A stretch of 64,000 bases of DNA, taken from the IMG/VR virus record IMGVR_UViG_3300025879_000014; one strand, 5' to 3'. Below, piece after piece: positions 45,147 to 54,995 of this stretch; positions within the stretch are counted from its first letter, which is position 1, and each line of letters begins with the position of its first letter. The DNA comes from an uncultured virus (IMG/VR IMGVR_UViG_3300025879_000014). Its lineage: Duplodnaviria > Heunggongvirae > Uroviricota > Caudoviricetes. A model generated the notes under the pieces. It was given only the letters and a program-made list of their open reading frames with translations. It was not told the DNA's origin and did no database searches. Made by a program: the position numbers and the translations under genes.

Positions 45147-45168
45147 ATTTGCTATATGCTTATAACTT
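45147..45168. repeat. 22-bp upstream element identical to 3999-4020
   Basis: atttgctatatgcttataactt at both sites. Confidence 0.8.
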
Positions 45169-45185
45169 TCGAGTATAAGGGGCGA

Positions 45186-46910
45186 CTATGCAGCCGACCC
45201 CTTGATTTTGCTGAAGTTTCTTTCCTTAACAAACTCTATCTTGTTTCGGAACTTAGAGTCAAGCACGTCACCTTTGTGAGAGATGATGAATGTATTCGTG
45301 CCTTCCTCTAGGGTCGATAGTATCTTGAGTAGGTTCTCGATACCATCATTATCTAACGAAGAATCAAACGTTTCGTCAAGAATCAGCAGGTTAGTTGCAG
45401 CCGAGTTCTTCATACGAGCGACCTGTCGCCAAGTGAATAGTAACGCAAGATCAATACGTTGCTTTTCGCCTTCGGAGAACGACGCATAGTTAAACGCATC
45501 ACGATACCGAGATTTGATAGTTTCTTGAAACGACTCGTCTAGATTAAACGAAACATAGAAGTCCATAACTTGTAAGTAACTATTAATTAACTTATTCATA
45601 ACTGGAAGATATTGCTTGATAACCTTGGTTTTGATACCAGTATCTTTTAACATCTCACCAATCACGTCATAGTAGTTTCGTTTGTCGATTAGCTCCAATT
45701 TTTGCTCAGTTAAAGTATCACGTTCCCCTTGAAGCGTAGCCAAGTTAGAGTTTGCTTCAGTAAGGTTTGTAGATACCTGTAACTTATCTATCTCTGCTTC
45801 TAGCTTCTCGATTTGTCCTTGAAAGTTCGAGATAGAAGCATTGTTAACAGAAATTGTAGTTTGTCTATCGTTAAGTTTAGTTAAGGATTCAGTAGCTCTT
45901 TCTATTGAGGATTGAGCTCCTTCGATTTGAGTTGCGCACTGTGACATGCCTTCCTGTAACTCGCTCGCCTTCGTCTTTGCTTCATTAAGCTTCTTTTCTT
46001 TAAACTCATCTTCTATCTCCTGTTCGCATGTTGGACAAGTAGTATTAGTTTCAAAGAACTTAGCTTCATCAACTAGTCGCTTAATCCCCGAAGTAATACC
46101 GACTTCATATTTCTCTAACTTGGATTTCTTACTATTCAACCCAGCGAGTTCGGCAGTAACTGATGCCAATGACTCTGTAAGGTTATCGCTCAGGTCGGTG
46201 TTAACTTTCTGAATCTTGTCGATCTTACCTCGTATTTCCGAAATAGATTCACGCTTTTCTTTAACCTGTTCGGTAGAAAGTGATTCAACTTCTCGGATAT
46301 ACTTCTTAGCGATTTCTATCTTATGCTTTACGATATCTACAGCTGAAGAAGATTCTTTAATATCTTCGCGGATACGTTGATTACGTTCCCGAAGCAACTG
46401 CCCCATTTTACCGAATACTTGGATATCGAGTAGGTCTTCGATAACTTCGCGACGGTGGTTAGTAGGTAGCTGCATGAAAGGAATGAATGAAGACGACCCC
46501 AGGACTACGACCTGATGAAACGACTTGTGGTTCAACTTCATGATATTCTTTTCTAGGTATGCTTGGTAATCGCGAACGGATGCTTCTTGGTTTAGCATAT
46601 TACCGTTTTGATAGATCTCAAACTTATTAGGTTTAATACCACGGAATACACGAAACTCTTGATTGCCAATAGAAAAGCCAACTTCAACTTCGGTATTCTT
46701 ATTGTTAACCGAGTTGACTAGCTGGTTCTTTTTGATATCGCGATGCGGTTTACCAAATAGACCAAACGACAATGCGTCTAGGATAGTCGATTTACCAGCA
46801 CCATTATGCCCGATAATCAGAGTAGACGGCGAACGGTCTAGCTGAATCTCGGTGTAGTTATTCCCAGTAGATAGGAAATTCTTATACTTAACATATTTAA
46901 AGTTAATCAT
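45186..46910 (-). CDS. gp46: Rad50/SbcC-like recombination endonuclease subunit
   Basis: GHNGAGKST, CPTC zinc hook, FSEGE, LDETFD. Confidence 0.95.
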   Translation of the reverse strand: MINFKYVKYKNFLSTGNNYTEIQLDRSPSTLIIGHNGAGKSTILDALSFGLFGKPHRDIKKNQLVNSVNNKNTEVEVGFSIGNQEFRVFRGIKPNKFEIYQNGNMLNQEASVRDYQAYLEKNIMKLNHKSFHQVVVLGSSSFIPFMQLPTNHRREVIEDLLDIQVFGKMGQLLRERNQRIREDIKESSSAVDIVKHKIEIAKKYIREVESLSTEQVKEKRESISEIRGKIDKIQKVNTDLSDNLTESLASVTAELAGLNSKKSKLEKYEVGITSGIKRLVDEAKFFETNTTCPTCEQEIEDEFKEKKLNEAKTKASELQEGMSQCATQIEGAQSSIERATESLTKLNDRQTTISVNNASISNFQGQIEKLEAEIDKLQVSTNLTEANSNLATLQGERDTLTEQKLELIDKRNYYDVIGEMLKDTGIKTKVIKQYLPVMNKLINSYLQVMDFYVSFNLDESFQETIKSRYRDAFNYASFSEGEKQRIDLALLFTWRQVARMKNSAATNLLILDETFDSSLDNDGIENLLKILSTLEEGTNTFIISHKGDVLDSKFRNKIEFVKERNFSKIKGSAA

Positions 46911-47971
46911 CAAACAATCTCATAATTTTGAGCTTCAACATATAGCTCTCGGATTACAGTCTTAATACGGTCTTTGTCAAGGTCAGTATCAACTGCTTCA
47001 ACATAAGTATCTAGCAACTCGGTAGTTTCTTCGAGCGATACTTTATCATCGTCAATACTTTCACCAGAGAACTCCTCAAACGTTTCGGCAATCTTCATCT
47101 CGTGAGTTTCGACGTCTTGTAACTTATCTATAAAGCGATCGAATGTAAACGGATCCTTCTTGTTAGTCACCAATACTTTTATAAACTTGTTAGAGTACTG
47201 GTCAACGTCGGGGTTAGTGTAGTCCGTTGTTTCGTCGTCGTAATAGATCTTCTCAAACATAGTTATAGGGTTTCTTACTGGGGTAATCTCGCGAGTATCA
47301 GTATCGATAACGTGGAAGAACTTATTGTCATCACAGTCAGCCCAAGTAAACTCCATTTGCGAACCAAGATACATAATGTTCCCTTGAGTCGATTTAGTAT
47401 GGAAGTGACCAGAGAATACAGTTTCAAAACGTTTAAAGGTAGAAGGTTGCATTCCGTGGGGGTTTGGGATACCCTTATGCATTTCAAAACCTTCTATCTC
47501 AAAGTGTCCACCAAGCATAGATGCGTCACAGGTATTGATAAAGTTAATCGACTCGGCATAGTTCTCAGAGTTAATCCAAGGTACAACACCAACCTTTAGC
47601 CCATCATAATCTAATACCTTCGGCTCCATTATGATGTTAACATTAGAGGTATAGTAACCCAACAACTCTTTCAATGAGCATAGCTCGTTTGTGTTCTTAA
47701 AGAATACGTCGTGGTTCCCAGGAATAATATCCATAACCATACCATTATCTTTAAGGTGCTGAAGGAAGTGTTTCCGGTTAGCGTTCAAAGCTTTGAAGTT
47801 TACGAACTTACGGTGCTCATAGTAATCACCTAGATGAAGTACAGTTTTGATACCGTTCTCAATACAATACGGGAAGAAAACTTCTTCGTAGAATTTACGT
47901 TGATATTCAATGAATACATCAGAGCTATTACGAGCGCCACAATGCGTGTCGTTTAAGATAGCAACTTTCAT
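46910..47971 (-). CDS. gp47: Mre11/SbcD-like recombination endonuclease subunit
   Basis: DTHCG, LGD, GNHD, SGHFH. Confidence 0.95.
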   Translation of the reverse strand: MKVAILNDTHCGARNSSDVFIEYQRKFYEEVFFPYCIENGIKTVLHLGDYYEHRKFVNFKALNANRKHFLQHLKDNGMVMDIIPGNHDVFFKNTNELCSLKELLGYYTSNVNIIMEPKVLDYDGLKVGVVPWINSENYAESINFINTCDASMLGGHFEIEGFEMHKGIPNPHGMQPSTFKRFETVFSGHFHTKSTQGNIMYLGSQMEFTWADCDDNKFFHVIDTDTREITPVRNPITMFEKIYYDDETTDYTNPDVDQYSNKFIKVLVTNKKDPFTFDRFIDKLQDVETHEMKIAETFEEFSGESIDDDKVSLEETTELLDTYVEAVDTDLDKDRIKTVIRELYVEAQNYEIV

Positions 47972-48537
47972 TATTCGTCATCTCCCATAAAGTTCTCTAG
48001 GGATTTCTTTTCCTTTTCCTTTTTCTCAAAGTCCTTTATGATCTTATCAGAATCCTTAACTCGAGTAATACGCTCGCGAAGTTCATCAACAAAGTTCTGT
48101 TCGATAAAACCTTCACCCACGCCATCAGAAGTCATGAACTCTTCGAATCCAGCTTCGTCAATATACTTCATCTTCACGTCAAACTGCTTCTTTTCTTTCT
48201 GTATACGACGAAGAAACGCATAGAAGCAAATCTGAGTAAAGTAAGAGAAAGCGTTAGGAGTACCTGTACGAGTCTTAGTAGTTATGTCATAGTTCTTAAC
48301 TGCCTTTAAGCAATTCTCAACTGCGTCCATTACCATTTCTTCTCGGTACGTGTATCTAATGAAGTTAGGTCGGTGGGATAGTCCTTCGGCAATACGTAGG
48401 AAGCACCGAGCAATATACTCTGGTACAATAGGAGTGTCTTTACCTTCTGCATGCGCAGAATTAACAGAGTTAACGTACTCTACAACAGACTGAGAGAACT
48501 TCTTGTTATCGACATAGTGGGGTTTATTTTGCGACAT
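47971..48537 (-). CDS. gp55: Late-transcription sigma factor
   Basis: HYVDNK, IAEGLSHRPNF..Y, NAFSYFTQI; C-terminal SLENFM. Confidence 0.93.
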   Translation of the reverse strand: MSQNKPHYVDNKKFSQSVVEYVNSVNSAHAEGKDTPIVPEYIARCFLRIAEGLSHRPNFIRYTYREEMVMDAVENCLKAVKNYDITTKTRTGTPNAFSYFTQICFYAFLRRIQKEKKQFDVKMKYIDEAGFEEFMTSDGVGEGFIEQNFVDELRERITRVKDSDKIIKDFEKKEKEKKSLENFMGDDE

Positions 48538-48580
48538 TATCGCTCCTCCGGTGGGTTAGTAATCAATTAATCAATAAGGT

Positions 48581-48609
48581 ATTATACTATAAAAGAGAGG
48601 ATAAGTAAA
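48581..48609 (-). promoter_or_regulatory. Sigma70-type phage promoter (gp55)
   Basis: TTTACT-N17-TATAAT. Confidence 0.85.
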
Positions 48610-48643
48610 GGATTATTTTATTTTAATTTATTTCCGAAAAGGC

Positions 48644-48672
48644 TTTACTTTTGAGAGAAAGTATAGTATAAT
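48644..48672 (+). promoter_or_regulatory. Divergent consensus promoter firing antisense into 48708-49064 and uvsW
   Basis: TTTACT-N17-TATAAT on the plus strand. Confidence 0.7.
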
Positions 48673-48707
48673 CAAGATGCCGCCGGAGGAGTAGGGATAT
48701 GACCTTT

Positions 48708-49064
48708 TTAGTGTATGATAGTAGGATCAGGTTCATAATCATATTCATATTCATCACCAAAGTTGTCATTGACTTCAGGCGAAGCCTGAGAGTCCGCCGT
48801 TACTGTCTTTATATAGTATTCCTTTACGGTGTCCGTGCACTCAGCAAAGGTTATTACCGAAGAATGACTTAGGAATAGAGGTTGCTTGAAGTCGCACATA
48901 TTCATCCAGTTTGTAAACCAATACCCAGTCTTTTCCCTATCATAAGATACAGTAACAGGACGTTCTAGTACGAACCCTTCTTCTTCCACGCCTTGTACAT
49001 ACGCCACGATATCTTCGCCGGACGATAACTTGAATTGCTTTACTGTAATCTCTTCATAGCTCAT
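48708..49064 (-). CDS. Conserved hypothetical protein (Sm-like)
   Basis: QFKLSSGEDIV; synteny between uvsW and gp55. Confidence 0.7.
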   Translation of the reverse strand: MSYEEITVKQFKLSSGEDIVAYVQGVEEEGFVLERPVTVSYDREKTGYWFTNWMNMCDFKQPLFLSHSSVITFAECTDTVKEYYIKTVTADSQASPEVNDNFGDEYEYDYEPDPTIIH

Positions 49065-50572
49065 AGGTCAATCTCATATATTTTATAGTCGAATTTCTCT
49101 TTAGAGTATATCTTAATGCGTTCTGCCGCATGAGTCAGTGTGTAGTTCTTCTTTGCTTTCCAGTGTAAGTCATCGGCAATATCATAAAGGTTAGTCCCTT
49201 TGCCGTCATCGCTTTTACGTAAACCACGACCAATAGATTGTAGTATCTTTATCTGCGACTTAGAAGGCGAAGCAAATATAACGTTATTAAGGTTGCGAAT
49301 ATTGACACCAGTCGAGAACGTTCCCAACGAAGCAACTATAATAGCGTCCTTTTCTTTCTCGGTCAACTGTCGAATACGTTCCCTGTCGTCAACGTCAGTT
49401 TCCCCAGCTACAAAGAATATCTTACGACTTCCATGAGCTTTTTCTTTAATCATATTATATAGTGGCTTCCCGTGCTTCTCTACGTAGTTGAATAACACGA
49501 GCGTATTACCGTCTTGATCTAAGGCAAGATTACGGATAAATGTATTACGCTTTTCGTGCCTTACAATAAAGTCCACTTCCTCAGGATACTTAGCTCCTTT
49601 CATCGAGAGGCAAGTATTATCGTCATACTTCAACAGTAGAATCTGTATCTTTAAGTCAGCCAAAGCGCCAGAATCCATTAGGTCTTTAGTTGATGTTACT
49701 TTAAAGGTTGAACCAAAATGCCCTTCTAATACTAGCTTATGAGTTTGAGTTCCGTCCAAAGTACCAGTTGCGCCGATACGGTATTCCGCCTCTTTTAACT
49801 TAGACATAATAGAACCAAGAGATTTAGCTTTGAAGTTATGAGCTTCATCGCCGATAACCATACCAAAGTTCTCAAACCACTCAACACCAAGTTTGTAGAT
49901 AGATTGCCAAGTAGTTATAACGATACGTTGACCGTCTGGCACTTTAGGTCGTCCGGAATATATCTTATGTATTTCTTTCTCTGCGTCAAAGTTATCGTCC
50001 CAGCGAGAATAGTCCGCAAAGTCCGATGACATCTGTTCTACAAGAGAAGTAGTAGGTACAACAATCAAAACGTCCTTGTCGCGAGTCTCTAAGAAATACC
50101 GCATAGTACAGTAAATGATAAGAGACTTACCCGAAGCAGTTGGGGATAGTAGTAACGCACGTCTATTCTCTAGCGCATGACTAATCGCAGTCATTTGGTA
50201 GTCGCGAGGTTCTATTTTCTTATCGCCAGCAGTAAGGTTAAGTGACGATATAAACTTGATAAAAGTTTCGTAATCGATAGGTTCTGACGAATCAGGTCGA
50301 CCATAATATGGATTATGCTCTACTTCAAGTTTATAGTCACGAACGCCACAGAACTCAGTAAGGTAAGGGAATAGTCCTATAGGAAGTTCTTTAGTCCTAG
50401 GGTCATAAAGTCGAATCTTGCCGTCCCAAACCTTGTTCTTGTACGCAGGCATGAACTTGTATCCTGGAACGAAGAAGCAGAAAAAATCAGATAATTCTAC
50501 TTCAATCGCAGGGTCTGTAGCAACAGTAAGGTAAGCATGATTCTTCTTTTTAACGCTTAGGACTTCGGACAT
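49061..50572 (-). CDS. uvsW: SF2 DNA helicase UvsW
   Basis: PRDYQ, SPTASGKS, DEAH, TGT, QSIGRGLR. Confidence 0.95.
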   Translation of the reverse strand: MSEVLSVKKKNHAYLTVATDPAIEVELSDFFCFFVPGYKFMPAYKNKVWDGKIRLYDPRTKELPIGLFPYLTEFCGVRDYKLEVEHNPYYGRPDSSEPIDYETFIKFISSLNLTAGDKKIEPRDYQMTAISHALENRRALLLSPTASGKSLIIYCTMRYFLETRDKDVLIVVPTTSLVEQMSSDFADYSRWDDNFDAEKEIHKIYSGRPKVPDGQRIVITTWQSIYKLGVEWFENFGMVIGDEAHNFKAKSLGSIMSKLKEAEYRIGATGTLDGTQTHKLVLEGHFGSTFKVTSTKDLMDSGALADLKIQILLLKYDDNTCLSMKGAKYPEEVDFIVRHEKRNTFIRNLALDQDGNTLVLFNYVEKHGKPLYNMIKEKAHGSRKIFFVAGETDVDDRERIRQLTEKEKDAIIVASLGTFSTGVNIRNLNNVIFASPSKSQIKILQSIGRGLRKSDDGKGTNLYDIADDLHWKAKKNYTLTHAAERIKIYSKEKFDYKIYEIDL

Positions 50573-50617
50573 TTTATATTCTCTTTTTACAATTATCAAA
50601 GTGCCATCTTGTCATAA

Positions 50618-51064
50618 TCACACACCGTTAGTAAACTTGGTCCATTCAATTATATTCCGGATTGTTTGGTGACGCCATTTAAGGGTATCCATAATCTCAG
50701 ATAGAGTAGTTATGATTTCTTCAATTAAGTCAATTTTTGCTGATAGTTCGTGAAGGTCTTTATCTTCTTTGAAGTAATGATCCACTTCGCCTTTCAAGAT
50801 TTTTACACCGTCAGTTGGGTCAACGTTCCAGCCGAGACGATTAATTTCGTCTACTGACATCCGACCCATATAGTATCTATACTTCTTAGACTGAAGCATT
50901 TCGAGTTGGGATTCAAAGTATCGCTTTTCTAATCGCGACTTAGTCACCATCTCGAGATACTTAGCGTGTAGCTTTGCTGTGTTGCGGGAAGATTCGTCAA
51001 GCTTTAGTTGATCGATTTCTGCTTCGTTTTTCCACTCTTCAAGTATCTTTTCAATATTGTACAT
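50618..51064 (-). CDS. uvsY: Recombination mediator UvsY
   Basis: LHAKYL, YYMG, RHQTIRNIIEW; synteny. Confidence 0.85.
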   Translation of the reverse strand: MYNIEKILEEWKNEAEIDQLKLDESSRNTAKLHAKYLEMVTKSRLEKRYFESQLEMLQSKKYRYYMGRMSVDEINRLGWNVDPTDGVKILKGEVDHYFKEDKDLHELSAKIDLIEEIITTLSEIMDTLKWRHQTIRNIIEWTKFTNGV

Positions 51065-51079
51065 AATATCTCCATTATA

Positions 51080-51541
51080 TTAGTCTAAGGTCATATTACT
51101 GAATCGGAATGTAACCTCTGATGTTAAGTATGTAGTAGCAGTAGCCGAGGAGTCAAAATCCAACGATCCGACCGAAGTAGGGAATGCGTTATGGAAAGTG
51201 AACGTCTTCGTCTTATTGTTATGGGAGTTAGTCACGACAACTGATATGTCAGACATTACTGCAGATATGTCGTTAGAGTTTAACGTACAGTCTTTAATCC
51301 AATCGAACACTTCTGTATAAGCCTTCATATCTTCATCAACTAGTATAGAAACTGTTAAACTATCGAAAGTCAACTTATCTGCCAGCATAGGCAACGACGT
51401 TTGACGGTAGCCAACGTTAGCTTCGTTGACAGTAATAGTTGGTATAGAAACCCCTTTACAGAAGAACTGTACGTTAGGAATCTTTTCGATCAACAGCTTA
51501 AATGAAGTTGACTCAAGGTAGTTAATGTTTTCTGGTGTCAT
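51080..51541 (-). CDS. gp3: Tail completion / sheath stabilizer
   Basis: NYL, FFC, VDEDM..Y.EV..W, AFPTS. Confidence 0.85.
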   Translation of the reverse strand: MTPENINYLESTSFKLLIEKIPNVQFFCKGVSIPTITVNEANVGYRQTSLPMLADKLTFDSLTVSILVDEDMKAYTEVFDWIKDCTLNSNDISAVMSDISVVVTNSHNNKTKTFTFHNAFPTSVGSLDFDSSATATTYLTSEVTFRFSNMTLD

Positions 51542-51559
51542 AGCTTTACCCAATCTTAT

Positions 51560-51588
51560 ATTATAACTCTATTTAGTCGGAAAGTAAA
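51560..51588 (-). promoter_or_regulatory. Sigma70-type phage promoter directly after the gp23 terminator
   Basis: TTTACT-N17-TATAAT. Confidence 0.8.
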
Positions 51589-51592
51589 GTCC

Positions 51593-51620
51593 AAAAAAAA
51601 GGGGAACCCGAAGGCTCCCC
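51593..51620 (-). terminator. gp23 terminator with cUUCGg tetraloop
   Basis: GGGGAGCC-TTCG-GGTTCCCC then TTTTTTTT. Confidence 0.92.
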
Positions 51621-51648
51621 AATAGCATAGCTTTTATTCTTATTAGAA

Positions 51649-52986
51649 TTAAGCAGCAGCCAATACGTTCTTAACACCAAAGATGCGGAAGTATTGGTTA
51701 GCACGGTTAGTACCTAGCTCGCTAGAACCAGCACCAGTTGCGAATGGGTTAGCAACCATACCGTAACGAGTCTTGAAGCCGATTTTCGGTTGGAAAGTCT
51801 GCTCGCCAACTGCTTTAACCATAGTTAATGGAACGTATGGGCAGTAGAACATACCAGCGTCATAAGGGTTAGAACCACGGTAGCCAACAGTTACATAGTT
51901 AACAGTTGCATACGGGTCAATATAAACTTTCATACGACCGTTAAGAACACCAGCAAAAGTATTACCAGTATCGTCAACTTGTAAGTTAGTAGAAAGAGCT
52001 GGAGTGTAGTCTAATAGACCAGCAGCTGCAAGAGCAGAAGCAACGTCAGAAGAACAGATGATGAAGTTACCTTTACCACGACGAGTGTCTTTAGCGATAG
52101 CATTCGCTTCAAGTTCAATCTTCATGATTAATGCTTTATACTTCTCAACAGACCAACGACCATCAGTATCAGCGTCTAAGTCGAATTGACCAGCGATAGC
52201 ACCAGTACCATTAGGAGCAGAAGCTAATTTAGCTTTGATGTTAACAGTACGAACTACTTCGCGGTTGATTTCAGCAAGGATCTCAGCAGACAAGATGTTA
52301 GCAAGTTCAGTTTCAGCGTCTAAGCCGTGAACGTTCTTAAGATCTTGAGCAAGTTCCATTGTGTACTCTGCTTTCAATGCGCGAGTCTTAGCTGTTACGC
52401 TTGTACGCTCGATTGAGAAAGCCATTTCGTTGAAGCCAGCAGCGCCAACACCTAACTGTTCGCCAGTTGCAGTAGCCATACCAGTACCGATACCGAAAGC
52501 AGCGTCTAAATCGATGTTACCATCGCCAGCACCAGTGTTTTCGTCGTCATCAGCGAACGCTGGATCTAAGCTTGAGCTGTTACCGCCATGAGCAGAAGAA
52601 CCGTTTGAAGCAACGCCAGAGAAACCAGAATCAGCTTCGCCGAATAACGCTTCGTCACCGTCTTGTGCAGAGTAGTGTGATTTCATCGCAAAGATCAAAC
52701 CAGTAGGTTGAGTCATTGGCTGAACACCAGCAATATCGTATGCCATTAAGTTAGGCATTGCACGACGTACTAAGCTGATTAATACTGGGTCGAAACCAGC
52801 AGCACCGCCAGCAACGTTAGTAGTTTCTGTCATGAAAGACTGTTGAGCTTTTTCTTCTTGAAGAGCTTTCTCAGTGTTTTCTAACAATTGAGCAGTTACA
52901 GCTTTCTTGTGCGCATCTTTAATTTGAGGTGCACCTTCAGCTTCTAGGACTGGAGTCCATTTTTCGTTTAGTTGTTCATTGAACAT
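51649..52986 (-). CDS. gp23: Major capsid protein
   Basis: FDPVLISLVRR, GVQPM, ELAQDLK..HGLDAE, FQPKIGFKTRYG. Confidence 0.98.
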   Translation of the reverse strand: MFNEQLNEKWTPVLEAEGAPQIKDAHKKAVTAQLLENTEKALQEEKAQQSFMTETTNVAGGAAGFDPVLISLVRRAMPNLMAYDIAGVQPMTQPTGLIFAMKSHYSAQDGDEALFGEADSGFSGVASNGSSAHGGNSSSLDPAFADDDENTGAGDGNIDLDAAFGIGTGMATATGEQLGVGAAGFNEMAFSIERTSVTAKTRALKAEYTMELAQDLKNVHGLDAETELANILSAEILAEINREVVRTVNIKAKLASAPNGTGAIAGQFDLDADTDGRWSVEKYKALIMKIELEANAIAKDTRRGKGNFIICSSDVASALAAAGLLDYTPALSTNLQVDDTGNTFAGVLNGRMKVYIDPYATVNYVTVGYRGSNPYDAGMFYCPYVPLTMVKAVGEQTFQPKIGFKTRYGMVANPFATGAGSSELGTNRANQYFRIFGVKNVLAAA

Positions 52987-53013
52987 TTTAAATCTCCTAA
53001 GGGATGTATTTTT

Positions 53014-54099
53014 CTATTTAGATTTTAGGGCTTTTAGATACGCAGCCATTACAGGTGATACTGTCTTCTCTTGCGTACCTTCTTGAAGTTCTTCTTGGAC
53101 TTCAGCGTTTTTAACTTTAAAGTAAGATTCTTTAACAGTATCCACTTTCGCTTGGAAAGATTCAACGTCATCGAAATCTAGGTTCTCAGTTAAAGAACGA
53201 AGCTTTTCAACTTCTGTTTCTGCCATACCAACTGTAGCTTCACGGATAATTTCCGCTCGGGCAAAGCCAGCAACTTTCTCGGTCAATTCGATATTTGATT
53301 CGACAGCTTTATTTAGGCTCTCTTCGAGTTCCTCAACATTTTCAGCCAACGCATCAACCAAATCAACTTTAGCTTCAGGCACGTCGATGTAGTTCTCAAC
53401 GAAAACTGTTTGTAGAGACTGAATGAAGTTTTCAGCGATTTCGGTACGTAGACCGTTAGTAACCGCAACTTCGTTCTGTTCCATCCAGCTTTCAACTACA
53501 TAGTTTAAGTAACCATCAACCTTTTCTACAAGATCACTTTGAACAGATTGTACTTGCTCGGCAAGTTTCTCTTCGTAGCTTTCTTCTAGTTTTTCTACTT
53601 CCGCAGAAAGTTTCGATTTAACAGCAGTTTCAAAGATAACAGCAGCTTTGTCTTTAAATCCTTCAGTTAAGTCGGCTTCTTCAGATACTAGTGCATCTAA
53701 GTCTTCGTCGAAATTAACTTCAAGTTCTACAGATTCTTCTACCGCTTCTTCAGCCATAAGTTTAGTGTAGGCTGTCGTCAAGTCGTCTTTACTCATTTCA
53801 GACAAAGAATCGTACATAGCAGAGATAATACCAGCTTTAGTGCTAGGCATTTCTACGCTTTCTTTTTTGTACTTTTTCTTTTCTTCTACTTCTTCTTCAT
53901 CGTCTTCGTCATCTTCGACCTCGCCTTCTTCGTCGTCTACTTCGACTTCAGCTTCATCAGACTCTTCGTCTTTGGCTTCTTTCTTAGCAGCTTCGGCAAG
54001 TTCCTCGTCAACTTCAACGTCTTCCGCAACCATTTCTAGTTGCTCTTCATTTGTGTCTTCAATGAGATCAAGCTCTTGATCATTAATTGTATCAGACAT
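53014..54099 (-). CDS. gp22: Prohead core scaffold protein
   Basis: Acidic; FKDKAAVIFETAV, VDGYLNYVVESW; synteny. Confidence 0.9.
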   Translation of the reverse strand: MSDTINDQELDLIEDTNEEQLEMVAEDVEVDEELAEAAKKEAKDEESDEAEVEVDDEEGEVEDDEDDEEEVEEKKKYKKESVEMPSTKAGIISAMYDSLSEMSKDDLTTAYTKLMAEEAVEESVELEVNFDEDLDALVSEEADLTEGFKDKAAVIFETAVKSKLSAEVEKLEESYEEKLAEQVQSVQSDLVEKVDGYLNYVVESWMEQNEVAVTNGLRTEIAENFIQSLQTVFVENYIDVPEAKVDLVDALAENVEELEESLNKAVESNIELTEKVAGFARAEIIREATVGMAETEVEKLRSLTENLDFDDVESFQAKVDTVKESYFKVKNAEVQEELQEGTQEKTVSPVMAAYLKALKSK

Positions 54100-54118
54100 G
54101 TTCACTCCTTACAAAGTG

Positions 54119-54760
54119 TTAAAGTTTCGAGAGGAAATCTTCGAACACACGAATCTGGGCTTCTGCCAGTTCCGCTTTAGATGCTCGTTTGATCTCAGTC
54201 TCATACTTTTCAATTTCTTGTGCTTTGAGAATACCATTATCCCAAACCCAATCAACACCTTCCATTATGCCATTGACAAATGCTTCCGGTGCGCTGGGGT
54301 CTTGTACGATGTCGACTGTAGAAAGCATAAAATCTTCCTTAACATACATCGCACCTTCGCGACGCTCAAGACTACCCATACCACGACTTGAGACGCCTAA
54401 CTGACATCCGCCTTCGACAAGACCTTTTACAATCTTACCCATAGGAGTATCTAGTATCAACGCCTTTCCGATCACATTACTACCTTCAATACGAAGTTCA
54501 GTAATACGATGCGAAACTTTATCTAGGTTCACAGTTGGACCATCGGGATGGTTTAATTCGCCAACTGCGCGACCTTTCATAACTTGTTCTTTATTATACT
54601 TTTCTACAGCAGGACCGAGTACGCTCATAGGGTATACTCGACCATTACGGTTCTTCTTATCGCCCTGCATAAAGATGCCTTCGATATAGACTTCTTTGCC
54701 TTTACCAGTAGCTTCTGTAATGTAGTTTAATTCTTCTACGTGTTCTGTAATTAGCTTCAT
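54119..54760 (-). CDS. gp21: Prohead protease
   Basis: NRNGRVY, GELNHP, GVSSRG, DPSAP. Confidence 0.95.
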   Translation of the reverse strand: MKLITEHVEELNYITEATGKGKEVYIEGIFMQGDKKNRNGRVYPMSVLGPAVEKYNKEQVMKGRAVGELNHPDGPTVNLDKVSHRITELRIEGSNVIGKALILDTPMGKIVKGLVEGGCQLGVSSRGMGSLERREGAMYVKEDFMLSTVDIVQDPSAPEAFVNGIMEGVDWVWDNGILKAQEIEKYETEIKRASKAELAEAQIRVFEDFLSKL

Positions 54761-54761
54761 C

Positions 54762-54995
54762 TTATTTACCCATTAGTTCGGCGAATTCGTTAGCAGATTT
54801 CTCGGCTTCTTTTTCCGATTTAAACTCATCCAACTTAGTGCCGTCGATGTAAACGATGAACTTAGAGCCTTTCTTAGTAAGTAATGCGTCTAGCTTAGAC
54901 TTACCAATCTTAAACTCTTTTACTTTTTTCTCTCCAGAAGGAATCTTATTCTTCGCTTCCGAGAGGTTCAACATCATTTGTTTGAACGTCAACAT
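54762..54995 (-). CDS. Small prohead core protein (gp68 position)
   Basis: Synteny 20-67-68-21; N-terminus MLTFKQM..NLSEA. Confidence 0.55.
   Translation of the reverse strand: MLTFKQMMLNLSEAKNKIPSGEKKVKEFKIGKSKLDALLTKKGSKFIVYIDGTKLDEFKSEKEAEKSANEFAELMGK

Noticed and set aside
53820..54060. Low-complexity repeat element in gp22
   Set aside because: Simply encodes the Glu/Asp-rich N-terminus typical of scaffold proteins
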